Shown: piece by piece, positions 39,501 to 49,372 of the stretch | Position numbering within the stretch: the first letter of the stretch is position 1 | Layout: every line of letters begins with the position of its first letter | Source of the DNA: a virus | Lineage: Duplodnaviria > Caudoviricetes | Virus record (IMG/VR): IMGVR_UViG_3300022555_000031 | Span: 21,611-85,610 of that record | Direction: 5' to 3' (one strand) | Length of the DNA: 64,000 nt | Notes under the pieces: generated by a model | The model's database searches: none | Told to the model about the DNA's origin: nothing | What the model saw: only the letters and a program-made list of their open reading frames with translations | Translations under genes and position numbers: made by a program

Positions 39501-40665
39501 TGATTGGGGCACAGAGGAAGAGATTAAACAGGCGATTCAATTGGAGACCGACTACAAGGAACGCAAGATAACACCCAAGGAATTCTTTGAGATATACCTT
39601 GCGTATCCGCATGAGCTGAAGGCCTATAAAGTCGAAGTTGACTATCTACGCAGTCAGGGCATGGCTGATGCACAAATAAAGGAACAGCTGATGGCTGACC
39701 TTACGGCGGACAGTGAAGCTGTTATCGACAGGATTCTCCAGCAGGCCAGCATGTTTGGGTTCACCAAGAAAGCCAAGAGGCAGATATACAATGGGATAAC
39801 GTGGGAAGAAGAGTATACCCCGCTGTTGCCGAAGAAGAGAAACTTCTATAGATGGGTTGGACATATGGGGGATGGGTTTACTCATAGATATGTGATTCTG
39901 AGGGCGGATGTTCCGACCCTGGAGAATGTGGCCAGGGTGGTTGCTCAAAAGGTGGATTCGGATTCTTGTCCGTCTGCGAAATATTTCCAGGACCTCCAAG
40001 AGGCCATTGATTTTGTTGGTGATAATTTTGGTATAGATGTAAGCAACGTAAGACTGACCCCCGTGTCTGCGGGGATATCTCGTAGGGACAGGGATATTAT
40101 CGGGTATAAGTTGGTCAACGATATCTCAAAAGCCCTGGAGGATACGACATCTATTCTCTCCCGTGTGGACATGTTTATCGGTGGCAAGTTTAACGAAGGA
40201 GAGAAAACTCCGACAATCTTCGCCCGCTTCATAGAAAATAGTTGGTCAGAGGATATAGCGTTCCTTAAAGGGTCTCTGGGCGGGGCAGAAGACATGCACA
40301 CTTTTATTAAGAATATGTGGCAAAGGTTTATACCTCAGAGTTGGAAGCGTGATAACTATATAGTGAAGAATAAAGTTATCCCGATGGCGAATAGATTGCT
40401 CGATAGCGGATTGACGGCGAATGAGATTCGTGCCGAGTTGCAACGCATTGCCCCAAACAACTATTTTGTGCGGGCCATGATTGAGCATATTATTTACACC
40501 GAGATAGACCCAACATTAGAGGGCGACAAAGAGAATAAAGATGTTGATATAGACGCTGAATTATCGGAAGCATTAGAGTATAATACGAATGACACGGCCC
40601 ATTTAATGCCGTTACACGATATGCACATCCCAGGGCACCGTGAAGGAATAATAGGGGAAGATTAA
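36592..40665 (+). CDS. modular polyvalent-type protein D (1357 aa) with a zincin-like metallopeptidase module
   Basis: One NILLREG (38695); many KxA junctions; LLHEIAHYIQ...PHELKAY. Confidence 0.7.
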   Translation: MSILLNLHTAEEQLKLFDDSPGKGEVKKEEKPQGRVGFRADWQSIWDEQDDAMYSEYFDWHSTLPAWLSKQWIRRFVIKEDGEQYPIQMLERMSDKQLSGMFKRYYGDALKGQVHTAKREDSLEPTLGGDLGSEQGIPLVNFHSEEDAERFLNATKGLKLNFHWERQGQVVVLNDPRFGSTEVKSYVKGFIDPNEETSYLAGQDMQMMAEAVGKVEKTANQKMTSSSAFIMPNGRLQPVWSHEGWLAEQHRELTEMLDAGWIRISTMSPQEVGLEFSVLDDDSAERIEKFLKVNSFTVVTVDCMDGVKQLKIKDILRDGFWTAFRKAEEGFSYTDESLRYKPYQPQEGVGTDRILPPFASRHTNMTKTALFAGSGVIDPKGNFKTVFTHDNFAEEMGMTPQEVLKAGYVRISVYSLRLVGVQFWEETPEILMRIDNFLVENPYRKVRVEVASKENTYKELSIEDILDFGFEGALHGKAKDREWLPGARKETLTKKADGIFEYDQNAMDAMSDGSRGQQTRSIEYLPQDQKQWWLEYLEKGKKNFPGKKDTVPPESEEGGVSVAGKNAKVKTAGINFVGNYVFYPDGRFEFYKAQIDEHVTYPENWLEWDDRTFGQMMRDGATIGTLWARIDYGWDKEKDIDLGIITYDLEVRNHRGDLSDEQVKKIMDAFGITARPRTRDRGGEEIVMPKDEAINFINGRINILLREGAKKPKGQRDDVGAEEQILEYIENASRFADQGNAGMFAGALYQLMGGGKIYVIMDEAGDVYNVAFFYEDKFYDMMGIVTKEELLDSFQYNGDVDENGVGVKMDLVECNWMDAEYAMPYASAYMDEIISAMMGQESVAEEDDWRKSYNKYMGEYNKWQGEYPEYSSKDWANYKYEPPKDEEITLESLYPDIMQDLAPIFQQYGVGQDILNGLKVIKTHVYAPFYAIMEKQTITLYSLFFGLQEPIRKAKLLHEIAHYIQEKTGTDWGTEEEIKQAIQLETDYKERKITPKEFFEIYLAYPHELKAYKVEVDYLRSQGMADAQIKEQLMADLTADSEAVIDRILQQASMFGFTKKAKRQIYNGITWEEEYTPLLPKKRNFYRWVGHMGDGFTHRYVILRADVPTLENVARVVAQKVDSDSCPSAKYFQDLQEAIDFVGDNFGIDVSNVRLTPVSAGISRRDRDIIGYKLVNDISKALEDTTSILSRVDMFIGGKFNEGEKTPTIFARFIENSWSEDIAFLKGSLGGAEDMHTFIKNMWQRFIPQSWKRDNYIVKNKVIPMANRLLDSGLTANEIRAELQRIAPNNYFVRAMIEHIIYTEIDPTLEGDKENKDVDIDAELSEALEYNTNDTAHLMPLHDMHIPGHREGIIGED

Positions 40666-40689
40666 AGATTCTACAAGGGAGAGCGAACT

Positions 40690-43600
40690 ATGAGTGACGT
40701 CATAAAAAAACTAACTGATTTATTCGGGAGAACACGGCCTTCGGCGATGGCTAAGATGTCATTGGGCCTGGACAAGAGTCCAGAAGTCCAGCAGATTCTT
40801 AACGATATGCCGAAGTCCAATCGCCAAACAGGCTTGGAAGAGAAATACCGTGGCGACTGGAACAATCAGACCAATAAAGAGCAACCTGTCGAACAGTTAC
40901 CTAAGCATCCAGGGGAAGAGAAGAAGCAGGACAATGTGGAAGATGATGTTGAGTTGGACGAGCAGGGTAACTCGATACCGAAGAAGCCGAATATGTTCGA
41001 AAAGATACAAGAGCTTGTGTCCCCGCCTACAATATTTGTAAGCCAAGTCGTGAAGAGACATATGGAGCGGAAGGCCTTTGACAATCCCGACCCAGATGCG
41101 GACCCGCAGGAAGGGAGAGACACCAGGTTGCTTGACCCAGAGAACCCCGAGTATAAACGTAGGAAGGGGTTTGGTAAACCGTTTGGTGATGCCTATGAGG
41201 GTGGAGAGTTGAAGTGCAATGTCCCTGCGGTCATGTCTTATGGGGTAGATAAATATGCCAGAGACAAAAACGAAATGACCCCAGCGGAATTGGAAAAAAT
41301 CAAGAAAGAATTCTCTAAAGTAAAATGGGCCCCCAAGAAGGACGCTCTTGTCTCTGAGAAATACAAGAAGAACTTCCATAGCTTCACTGGCACCATCGCT
41401 ACAACGAAACAAACGACAACCTATCAGGTGGTAGCAAGGTCGCAAGATACATTCCACGAAGACGTAATATCTTACCCGTTCCAACTGATGTTAATTCGGA
41501 CCGTGATAGAGAACAACGCATCCAAGCCAAAAGAGAAGACCCTATTAAACCCTGCACTTACGGGTAACCTTGCGAAGCGTATTACGCTCGGGTTTACGGA
41601 AGCAGAAGCGATGACCTCGTATATGGCCGAAATAAATATCCCAATGAAGGGTGTGGCGTTCACAAGCCTCTCACCAGCAGAGTTGGTTGAGCAAAAACTG
41701 CAATCATGCAGTGACAGCTCGGCTCCAGAAAAGAAAATGATTCATCTGCAAAACGCCATCAATTATGCTGGGCAAGACAATGCACTGAGGCAGATTGTCT
41801 CTAATTTTATCATGTCGGAGTTTAAGGATGGCGAGGATAACCCCTGGTTACAGGAGTTGTTTAGATTCGTGTCATCTGCGAAGATACTCCGCCCAGAGCA
41901 ACTGGAGAGCATAGTTTTTAGTTTTTACAAGAAAGTGGGGTTGGCCGAGACCGATGTTCTCAAGATGGACTTCCCGCAAGAAATACTCCGCAAATGGTTG
42001 GATGATGTTATCAAGAATAGGAGCGGTAACGTTAACGTTGAGGCCTTGGTAGTGCAATTAGACGACCTGTCTCTTTGGAAGAAGGTTTATAGTGGAACGG
42101 AATGGATGAAGATAGTGAAGAAATATGCACCCGAAAGGTATGAGTTGGCTCAGATTGGTGCGACATTTGCCGAGAAGATGCGGAGGATGCCACGCATACA
42201 ACAATCGAAAGAGCTTGTTGATGCCGTTAAGCAGATTACGCAACACTATAAAAACAAAACCCCCGAGTGGCAGGCGTTCCAGGATAAGATATCTAAAGGG
42301 CGTGTGAGCAGGAAAGACTTGAGTGAGTTCCTTGAGTCTATTGGCGTTAAGGCTGAGGCCTGGACTGACATCTTCCCAGCGAAGACTGTCTACGACAAGA
42401 GTGAGGTCAACAGTTTGTTCGAGAGATTATTTAAGTCTCTGGGGGATAAAGTTGAGACAGAGTTGACCCAATTCTACGAGACCAAGGGGAAGCTGGCCAA
42501 GCAATATGCCAAGGTTCGTAAGGAGCGTGAGGAACTTTTCGCTTCATCCTACAAGAACCACGACAAGAGGTTCAAGGACCAACCGAAGCTGGATAAACTT
42601 CAGGCACAAATGAACGACATACAGCGTGGTTGCACTATGGCGGAGGCTGAGAGAATAAAAGCCATGCCCAGTGGAGAGGAAAAGAAAAGAGCAATGGATG
42701 CGGTTAACGCCAAGAGTATGTCTGACGCAGAGCTTGCATATTGCGAACTCCTGGATGTGGTACTTAATGGTGAAGGCTTTGGGGTACCTGTCGAGAAGGT
42801 CAGGCAGTTGTTCTCTTCTCTTTCAGCGAAATATCCAGAATTATACCCAACAAAATCCATTATGGGGTTGCTCAATAAGCCGTCTTACACGGCAAGCGAG
42901 GTTGAGTTGCTCGTCAAAGATTTCATGGGGTTTGCGGAGGAAATAGATAAAGCGAATGAGAAACCCGTAAAGGCTCCCAAAAAGGAAGAGGCTCCAAGAC
43001 CGCCGAAGAAATGGCAGGAGATGACCCCTGCGGAGCAGGAAGAGTATAAGGCGTTCAAGGCACGCTGGGAAGCGGAGCATCAAGCACCAGCCCAGCAACA
43101 GCCACAGCAACCGCAGACGAAGAAGTATAAGGCTCCGTTTGCCTATGGGACGGACTACAAGGTGTATGGCAACAGCAATCAGTTTAATATCTACTTAAAG
43201 TTTGACCCAAATTTCACGCCAGTCCCCGTTGAGATTATGGACAAGGTAAATTATAATGCCCACGGGGAAGGGTATGGTTGTGACGCTCAGGGGGCTATTT
43301 GTTGGGCGAGGTGTTTTTATATATCGGTTGAGAATTTCACTGCTTGGGTTGTTCTTGAATTGCAGTCGGATGTGGTGACGCAATGGCAAAAGAGACTTTA
43401 TCCAACCCCCATCCAGCCACTCGTGAAAGAGCCACACCCAGAGTATGCCATGTATAGAAGCACTGTCCAGAATTATTATAATGATTGGGCAAGTGCATTG
43501 TTTAGGGAAATTTTAAGACTCGCCAAGGAGCGTAACGTCGAAGTGATTTACGTAAGGTCGGCTCAGGCTACTACGATTTGGACTGACCATGTGAAGAACA

Positions 43601-44370
43601 GTTTGAACAAGGTGAAATCGAAGGAGTTGACCGAGGAACAAATTGAGACAGATTTGTTTTATAGGACTTATTATAACGCAGTTGAGCCGTTTATCGAGAA
43701 GGACCCCGATGGCAGGGGACGGTTGAGAGATAAGGGTGACATTCGAGCTGACCTTGAAGAGAAGTTTCCCGCACAAGAGATAAAAAAAGAAGTCCAGAAG
43801 CAGTGCTCCAGGGCACTTGAACAGGCAACCGATTACATGGTTGTTAACGTGGCCCAGGTGCCGATAGAAGCGTTTGCGTTCGGGACTAAGGGTATAAGGC
43901 AGTTTGCGTTCAGGATGGAGCGTGGCAGGTTAATGCTGGCTGAGGTGGTCAGAAGGGCAAACACCAACGCAGACCCATTATACTGGGCCAAGTTGATTGG
44001 TAACTGGATAGACAATTATATGCCGAGAACAATAGAGGAAGATGTCCTTGGGTTGCCAGAACCACAATTGGGCCACAGCGGGAAAAGCGTGCAGGATTTG
44101 CGTGCAATGGTTACTGACAGTTGGATTCAGGAGAAGGAGAATGGTTTCTTTCGCGACTTCTGGTGGTCGAGAAGTCAGTTTTTAATTGACAGAAGGTTAG
44201 GGGATAGCCTTTGCCCAGAGGACTTGCAATATGATGAGGAGTTTATACCTGCAGTCGTGCAAGGGTTACAGAGTCTTGGATACAGGGTGAGGTTACCAAA
44301 GAGTTTCGTCAAGTATTGGGCAAGAAAAGGCAAGACGTTCGAGCCTAATTTGTTACCACAGGAGGGCTGA
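40690..44370 (+). CDS. large putative internal virion protein (1226 aa)
   Basis: Helical N-terminal region and a W.R...VVLELQSD...W...LFREIL..A domain resembling those in phage polyvalent/ejection proteins. Confidence 0.55.
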   Translation: MSDVIKKLTDLFGRTRPSAMAKMSLGLDKSPEVQQILNDMPKSNRQTGLEEKYRGDWNNQTNKEQPVEQLPKHPGEEKKQDNVEDDVELDEQGNSIPKKPNMFEKIQELVSPPTIFVSQVVKRHMERKAFDNPDPDADPQEGRDTRLLDPENPEYKRRKGFGKPFGDAYEGGELKCNVPAVMSYGVDKYARDKNEMTPAELEKIKKEFSKVKWAPKKDALVSEKYKKNFHSFTGTIATTKQTTTYQVVARSQDTFHEDVISYPFQLMLIRTVIENNASKPKEKTLLNPALTGNLAKRITLGFTEAEAMTSYMAEINIPMKGVAFTSLSPAELVEQKLQSCSDSSAPEKKMIHLQNAINYAGQDNALRQIVSNFIMSEFKDGEDNPWLQELFRFVSSAKILRPEQLESIVFSFYKKVGLAETDVLKMDFPQEILRKWLDDVIKNRSGNVNVEALVVQLDDLSLWKKVYSGTEWMKIVKKYAPERYELAQIGATFAEKMRRMPRIQQSKELVDAVKQITQHYKNKTPEWQAFQDKISKGRVSRKDLSEFLESIGVKAEAWTDIFPAKTVYDKSEVNSLFERLFKSLGDKVETELTQFYETKGKLAKQYAKVRKEREELFASSYKNHDKRFKDQPKLDKLQAQMNDIQRGCTMAEAERIKAMPSGEEKKRAMDAVNAKSMSDAELAYCELLDVVLNGEGFGVPVEKVRQLFSSLSAKYPELYPTKSIMGLLNKPSYTASEVELLVKDFMGFAEEIDKANEKPVKAPKKEEAPRPPKKWQEMTPAEQEEYKAFKARWEAEHQAPAQQQPQQPQTKKYKAPFAYGTDYKVYGNSNQFNIYLKFDPNFTPVPVEIMDKVNYNAHGEGYGCDAQGAICWARCFYISVENFTAWVVLELQSDVVTQWQKRLYPTPIQPLVKEPHPEYAMYRSTVQNYYNDWASALFREILRLAKERNVEVIYVRSAQATTIWTDHVKNSLNKVKSKELTEEQIETDLFYRTYYNAVEPFIEKDPDGRGRLRDKGDIRADLEEKFPAQEIKKEVQKQCSRALEQATDYMVVNVAQVPIEAFAFGTKGIRQFAFRMERGRLMLAEVVRRANTNADPLYWAKLIGNWIDNYMPRTIEEDVLGLPEPQLGHSGKSVQDLRAMVTDSWIQEKENGFFRDFWWSRSQFLIDRRLGDSLCPEDLQYDEEFIPAVVQGLQSLGYRVRLPKSFVKYWARKGKTFEPNLLPQEG

Positions 44371-44633
44371 TGAATAGCACGAATATTGTGAAACGGTTCC
44401 AAACTCGCAAGGGGTATTCTGATGAAGAATTGAGAAGAGGCGTCCCCGCCGTTGAGTTTGCTATTAAGGAAATGGAGCACCAGAAGATGGAGGAGCCTGA
44501 GATTCGTGAGACCCTCCAGGACAATGGTGTCCCAGGGCAGGTGGTTGATAACACGTATGATAATCGGGAAAGAAAACTCATTAAGCACACCACCAAGGAT
44601 GATGACGTCGAAATAAGGGAGGCTGGCGAATGA
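44370..44633 (+). CDS. hypothetical protein
   Basis: TGATG overlap; C-terminal DDDVEIRE. Confidence 0.6.
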   Translation: MNSTNIVKRFQTRKGYSDEELRRGVPAVEFAIKEMEHQKMEEPEIRETLQDNGVPGQVVDNTYDNRERKLIKHTTKDDDVEIREAGE

Positions 44634-47188
44634 TAGACTTTAACCAAATCAAGCCAGCGGTCATGGCTTATATCATCACATACCTACAAATGATACACAG
44701 CCAGTACGGGAAGTTAACCGAGGAGCAGGTTAAGAGTTTTGGCCAGTCGGCATACAATTTGTTCTGGGGGACCCAGCCAGAACTCCAGGCTGACCAGGGG
44801 GCAACTGTTGAGTTGACAAATTGGTTACGGAGCAGGGGTGTTGACGTTGAACTACCTACCCTTGAAGGCAACGCCTCGGCTGGCGGGGCTCCTGAGTTTG
44901 GTTTCCGTCCATCCCAAGTTGCTTATGAGCCTGCGGGAACGTCAACCAACCGAGAGCCACGAGTATCTAATCCGCCTCCAGTATTGGACGAGGATTTCTC
45001 AAAGTCAATAAAGGATTATATCACGGGAGAGGAAGTGGAGAAGGCGTATGAAATAGCGAAGAAGATTCCCAACGGTCCAATTCGTCAGGAGTATATGGAA
45101 AAGGCGATGGACCTTGAGCGTAGATACGATAGACAGCAAACCGCAATAGCACGGATGATGATGCGGAAAAAGGGGGCACAAATGAAAGACAATGACGTTG
45201 AGATAAGAAGCGAGATGGCGAGGTTTGGCGAAGTTAATATACCTCTGCAAATAAATATCGCTAAATTAGCCATCGAGGCATATGTGAGGGTTTTGGAGCA
45301 GACGAACCCTGGCCTTAATGATGCAGGTGCCCCACAGACTGGGTTTGAGATTTATTATAACGTGCAGGCCCCAGACGAAGTTAAAAATGACCCTGACATC
45401 TTGATGAAGATTGTTACGGGGCTTCAGGAGAAAGGGTTTAATGTGAGCATGCCAAGTGGTTCACCTTCTCTTCCAGAGGGAGATATACCTCAGGGTGCGG
45501 GCGTTGGCGGAAGAGAGAGGGAAGAAGAACCCCAGATTCTGCACACACGTCCAAGTGAGCCCAATGAAAAGCCAGAGCCACTTCCGTCCATGGGGAAAGA
45601 GCATGCGTTGCCACCGTGGAAAGTCGGACGCAGGGAAAATATCTACGAGTTTGAAGACGGCACTATCCTGAGTGTGGACTTGCCCAGGAAAAACTTCAAG
45701 CAGTTTGCCGAGCAGTTTGACTATGCGACAACTGTTTGGCAGATAGAGAACAATGTGGATAATTTTGCCAAGTTCCTTGGGCGTTATGGGGTTAACGCAC
45801 ACGTTCTAAGTGAACAGGAGAAAGGAGATTATCTCGTCTCCCAAGGTGGGCATACCAGGACTGAGGACGGGGATGTGGTTCCAAATGCTAATACGGACAG
45901 AGAGAAGAATGATGCTGGGGTTGCCTTCAGGAAGGAGTTGCGGAAACTTATCCGCCCCAACATCAGCAAGGATGAGGTTAGGGACAAGATAATCGATATC
46001 GGTCTCAAGATGAAGGGTATGCCAGAGGGGCCAGAGAAGGCCGACCTGCAGAGACAAATGGACAATTTCAATAGCCAATTGGAGACGTTTGAGTATTACG
46101 AAGCGTCTCGTAAAAATAACTTACCCAAGACGGGAGGAAATATGAACAGGGATAAAATAGTTAAAGAAGGAAGTGTTGGACGCAGGGGGCTCAGTTCGTT
46201 GATGGAGTCTTTTGTGGAGGTAGCGAAAAAGATTGTGACGGCGAAGACACCATCTCTCGGCCCCATCAATAGCGACACGGAGGCGTGGGTGTTATTTCAG
46301 AAGAAGTATTCCGAGTTAACTCCAGAGGAAGAGAAGACAGTGCAAGAGGAGCTTGCTAAATATCCTCATGAAGAGGCGGGAGCGAGCAATTTTCCAGAAC
46401 ATATGGCTATGGCCGATGCCAAGGCAATGGGGTTTTTCAAGAAAGCGAAGTCCTGCGGGTGGGGAACGTTTGCTATGGACCCGCTTGATGGCGGGGCAGG
46501 TGGCATCTGGTTCACGGAGAAAGGTGATGACGGGAAAGACTATCTCGTGAAACAAGTTACCCAAGAGGGCGAGGTAGTGAGAAGGTTCAAGGAGAAGCAG
46601 GCGTCGCTTGTGAAGAAGGCCGATAAAAAGACCTGTGTTAAATGCAACACGGAGTTTGACCCGTATTGCCCAGCACAGACGAAATGTGAGAGCTGTGAAA
46701 AAGAACAGCCAGAAAGCGGTAACTGGCAGGACAAGAAACAAACACCTAAGGCTCCTCAAGACAGGAGCCAACTCCAACCTTATAACTTAACCAAAGAAGA
46801 CCATGAGAAGAAGGTTAAGGATTGGATGAGGAACTCCAGTGAGAATAAAGACCGTGGTATATTCACAGTCTACACGAAGAAGCCTGTGGACATGAAGGGC
46901 TCAGCTCTCGGCGAGAAAGAGGCCAAGAAAGAGAAAGGAGTGTTCCAGGTGTATAAGAGTAAGCCAGCGGAGAACGTTGAGAAGAAAGCTATCCTATCCT
47001 GTCCGCAATGTAAGGAAGAGATGGAGACGGTCAGCCAGACGGATTTCCTTGAAAAGGGTCAGAGGCCTACGGCTGAATACTACTGCAATAGATGTGAGGA
47101 GTATTTCGACTGGGCAAGGGGTAGTGGGTTGAAGAAGCGGAACAGCGAGAAGCCAGAGTGGGATGCTGGGGCGGGGATAGAGAGATAA
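44630..47188 (+). CDS. modular head-region protein (852 aa)
   Basis: Internal duplicated helical module (AYIITYL.../AYVRVL...); KKA junctions; Zn ribbons. Confidence 0.65.
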   Translation: MIDFNQIKPAVMAYIITYLQMIHSQYGKLTEEQVKSFGQSAYNLFWGTQPELQADQGATVELTNWLRSRGVDVELPTLEGNASAGGAPEFGFRPSQVAYEPAGTSTNREPRVSNPPPVLDEDFSKSIKDYITGEEVEKAYEIAKKIPNGPIRQEYMEKAMDLERRYDRQQTAIARMMMRKKGAQMKDNDVEIRSEMARFGEVNIPLQINIAKLAIEAYVRVLEQTNPGLNDAGAPQTGFEIYYNVQAPDEVKNDPDILMKIVTGLQEKGFNVSMPSGSPSLPEGDIPQGAGVGGREREEEPQILHTRPSEPNEKPEPLPSMGKEHALPPWKVGRRENIYEFEDGTILSVDLPRKNFKQFAEQFDYATTVWQIENNVDNFAKFLGRYGVNAHVLSEQEKGDYLVSQGGHTRTEDGDVVPNANTDREKNDAGVAFRKELRKLIRPNISKDEVRDKIIDIGLKMKGMPEGPEKADLQRQMDNFNSQLETFEYYEASRKNNLPKTGGNMNRDKIVKEGSVGRRGLSSLMESFVEVAKKIVTAKTPSLGPINSDTEAWVLFQKKYSELTPEEEKTVQEELAKYPHEEAGASNFPEHMAMADAKAMGFFKKAKSCGWGTFAMDPLDGGAGGIWFTEKGDDGKDYLVKQVTQEGEVVRRFKEKQASLVKKADKKTCVKCNTEFDPYCPAQTKCESCEKEQPESGNWQDKKQTPKAPQDRSQLQPYNLTKEDHEKKVKDWMRNSSENKDRGIFTVYTKKPVDMKGSALGEKEAKKEKGVFQVYKSKPAENVEKKAILSCPQCKEEMETVSQTDFLEKGQRPTAEYYCNRCEEYFDWARGSGLKKRNSEKPEWDAGAGIER

Positions 47189-47191
47189 TAG

Positions 47192-49372
47192 ATGTCAACC
47201 CAAGAGGTCTTAAATAGATACTCAAAGAAGGTGCCGAAGAAGACAGCACCTACGAAAGTCTTGCCAGTAGTTGGCCAGAAGTATGGGAGTGAACATGGCA
47301 CTGGTGACCTGACGTATCTTGGGCTCTTTGACACGAGACATTGGTTCATGGATGACGACTTTTTGTTTTTCATGGGCGACCTTTACAACCAGGAAGAGAT
47401 TCGTAAGTTGGCCATAGAGAACCTCAATGGAAGCGATGAGGAAAAAATCCGCACATTACTGAATGACCATGTCGGCAAAGAAGGAATAGACGGGGCGTTT
47501 AATGACTACATGGACGAGGACTATGAATATCGCTTAAAGGAAATGTCGTGGAAGGAATTGTCGGAGGAACAGAAGGCACAGTTCTTTGAGCAGAATGACG
47601 AGTATGAACCAGGGGACATGACCGACCTGGACACGGTTTATGTGTATGACATCGAGAGAGATGTTGAAGACCAGCGGTTCTCTTTGGATGAAACAAACAT
47701 TAATGAGTATCACTATGATGACTCCTCGTCCCAACGGGAGATGTGGTGGCAGGATATTGCCGATAATCTTTTCGACATGGATATAACGAGAGGGAAAATT
47801 GTCGACTTCAGGAATAGTATTCTGGAGGGCCTGGAGGAGAACGGAGAGATTTTTACTGAGGCAGGGCTTTACGAAGATGAGACAGTGAGAATTGGCGACT
47901 CATGGTATCTGGGTGGTGCTGATTCTGATGGGTGTATTTTCGCTTGGCTCATCAGGAACCACGCTTACAGGCTCTTATTCCTGCAATCGATTCTGCCAGT
48001 GGTTTGTAAATTCCATCCAGAGTTGAAGCAGGTATTAGCGGATGTTACCAGTGCGACCACCGCTGGGCTGGCTCCGATAGAGGCGAAAGAATTGTTATCC
48101 AAATATAACGATGGGCCGTTCGACGGATTGATTGAGGCGTTGTTGGAGCTCTATGAAGACAACATAGCAACCGCAGAAAGGTCTACAAAGAACGGGATTT
48201 TTCAAGCGAAATATGCTAAAATACCATTACCAGACAAAGAAAACGCTCTATCAAAGAGTGCTTGGAACGAGTCTGCAACACTACCGACAAAAGTTATTGC
48301 AAGGGCGATTAACGAAGAGGGTTACTACGGGAAGCACCAGTGGAAGGCGGAGTATCATCCGAACGTATCTTTTGAGTTGTGGCACTACGGCACCAAGATT
48401 TTCAGTATAGATTTTAGAGAGAAAACAGCCAGTATGGCTGGTGCCTGGTGGACGCAGGGTGACAAGATTGGAATAAATATTGCCTTGGGACATTTTCGTG
48501 TCGGATATTATGACAACTTTGGGTATGTGCCAGCGGAAGGTTGGAAGGATAAGGATAAGGCCAGAAGAAACCTCCTTGCAGTTAGACGGGAGATAATAGA
48601 GGCCCAGGGGTATATGGTTGAGCAAGGTATGAACTCTAAGCGTGTTAGGGAATATGTCATCCAAAAATATGCACGCTTGCTTCAGGGCATTGATGCTTAC
48701 ACAATAAACGATATTATCAGTGAGGCTTGGCAGGGCGTTAAATCTGCTTATCTTAATAACGTGGAGAGAAGGATTGGTGACGAATACAGCCCCGAGAAAA
48801 AGTCACAGTTGGAGTCGGAGCTGATTAACCAGTATCTACCGTTTGGATTACGGCGTAACGATATCAGACGGAAACTTGACCGCCTGCACAACGAACATGT
48901 AAGAGACGGGGCGGGCAAAGAGCGATTCGGGGTGTTGGAAAGTATAATTAAAATGATGTCAGAGGGCAAGTCTTACGGCGAGGCGAAGGCGGAATTACTC
49001 CAGAATGCCCCCTCTGATTTCGTAAGAGACATTATCAATGAGGCCATTAGCAACCCAGCCCACGAAGACAAGTTGCAGTTTCTTGAAGCAATTGTTCAGG
49101 TGGGCTACTCTTCAGGGCTTACCTTAATGGAGACTTACGAGTTTGCCTTGGGTGCAGTGGACGTTTGGAGGACTTGGTGGAGGTATAACGATGGTAGTCA
49201 GAAGGCAACTGAAGAGGTACTTACAGAGCCAGACATTAACCCTATTTTCAAAAAGTATTTTCCAGAAGAGATGATGGACCTGGAAAAACAGATTCAACAC
49301 AAGAAGGCACGTAACCACCGAGAGCTGTATAGCGAGTTAACCGACGAAGAGTATAGGGTAAGATTCCAGTAG
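47192..49372 (+). CDS. modular head-region protein (726 aa)
   Basis: Acidic N-terminal module; K[S]A junctions. Confidence 0.65.
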   Translation: MSTQEVLNRYSKKVPKKTAPTKVLPVVGQKYGSEHGTGDLTYLGLFDTRHWFMDDDFLFFMGDLYNQEEIRKLAIENLNGSDEEKIRTLLNDHVGKEGIDGAFNDYMDEDYEYRLKEMSWKELSEEQKAQFFEQNDEYEPGDMTDLDTVYVYDIERDVEDQRFSLDETNINEYHYDDSSSQREMWWQDIADNLFDMDITRGKIVDFRNSILEGLEENGEIFTEAGLYEDETVRIGDSWYLGGADSDGCIFAWLIRNHAYRLLFLQSILPVVCKFHPELKQVLADVTSATTAGLAPIEAKELLSKYNDGPFDGLIEALLELYEDNIATAERSTKNGIFQAKYAKIPLPDKENALSKSAWNESATLPTKVIARAINEEGYYGKHQWKAEYHPNVSFELWHYGTKIFSIDFREKTASMAGAWWTQGDKIGINIALGHFRVGYYDNFGYVPAEGWKDKDKARRNLLAVRREIIEAQGYMVEQGMNSKRVREYVIQKYARLLQGIDAYTINDIISEAWQGVKSAYLNNVERRIGDEYSPEKKSQLESELINQYLPFGLRRNDIRRKLDRLHNEHVRDGAGKERFGVLESIIKMMSEGKSYGEAKAELLQNAPSDFVRDIINEAISNPAHEDKLQFLEAIVQVGYSSGLTLMETYEFALGAVDVWRTWWRYNDGSQKATEEVLTEPDINPIFKKYFPEEMMDLEKQIQHKKARNHRELYSELTDEEYRVRFQ

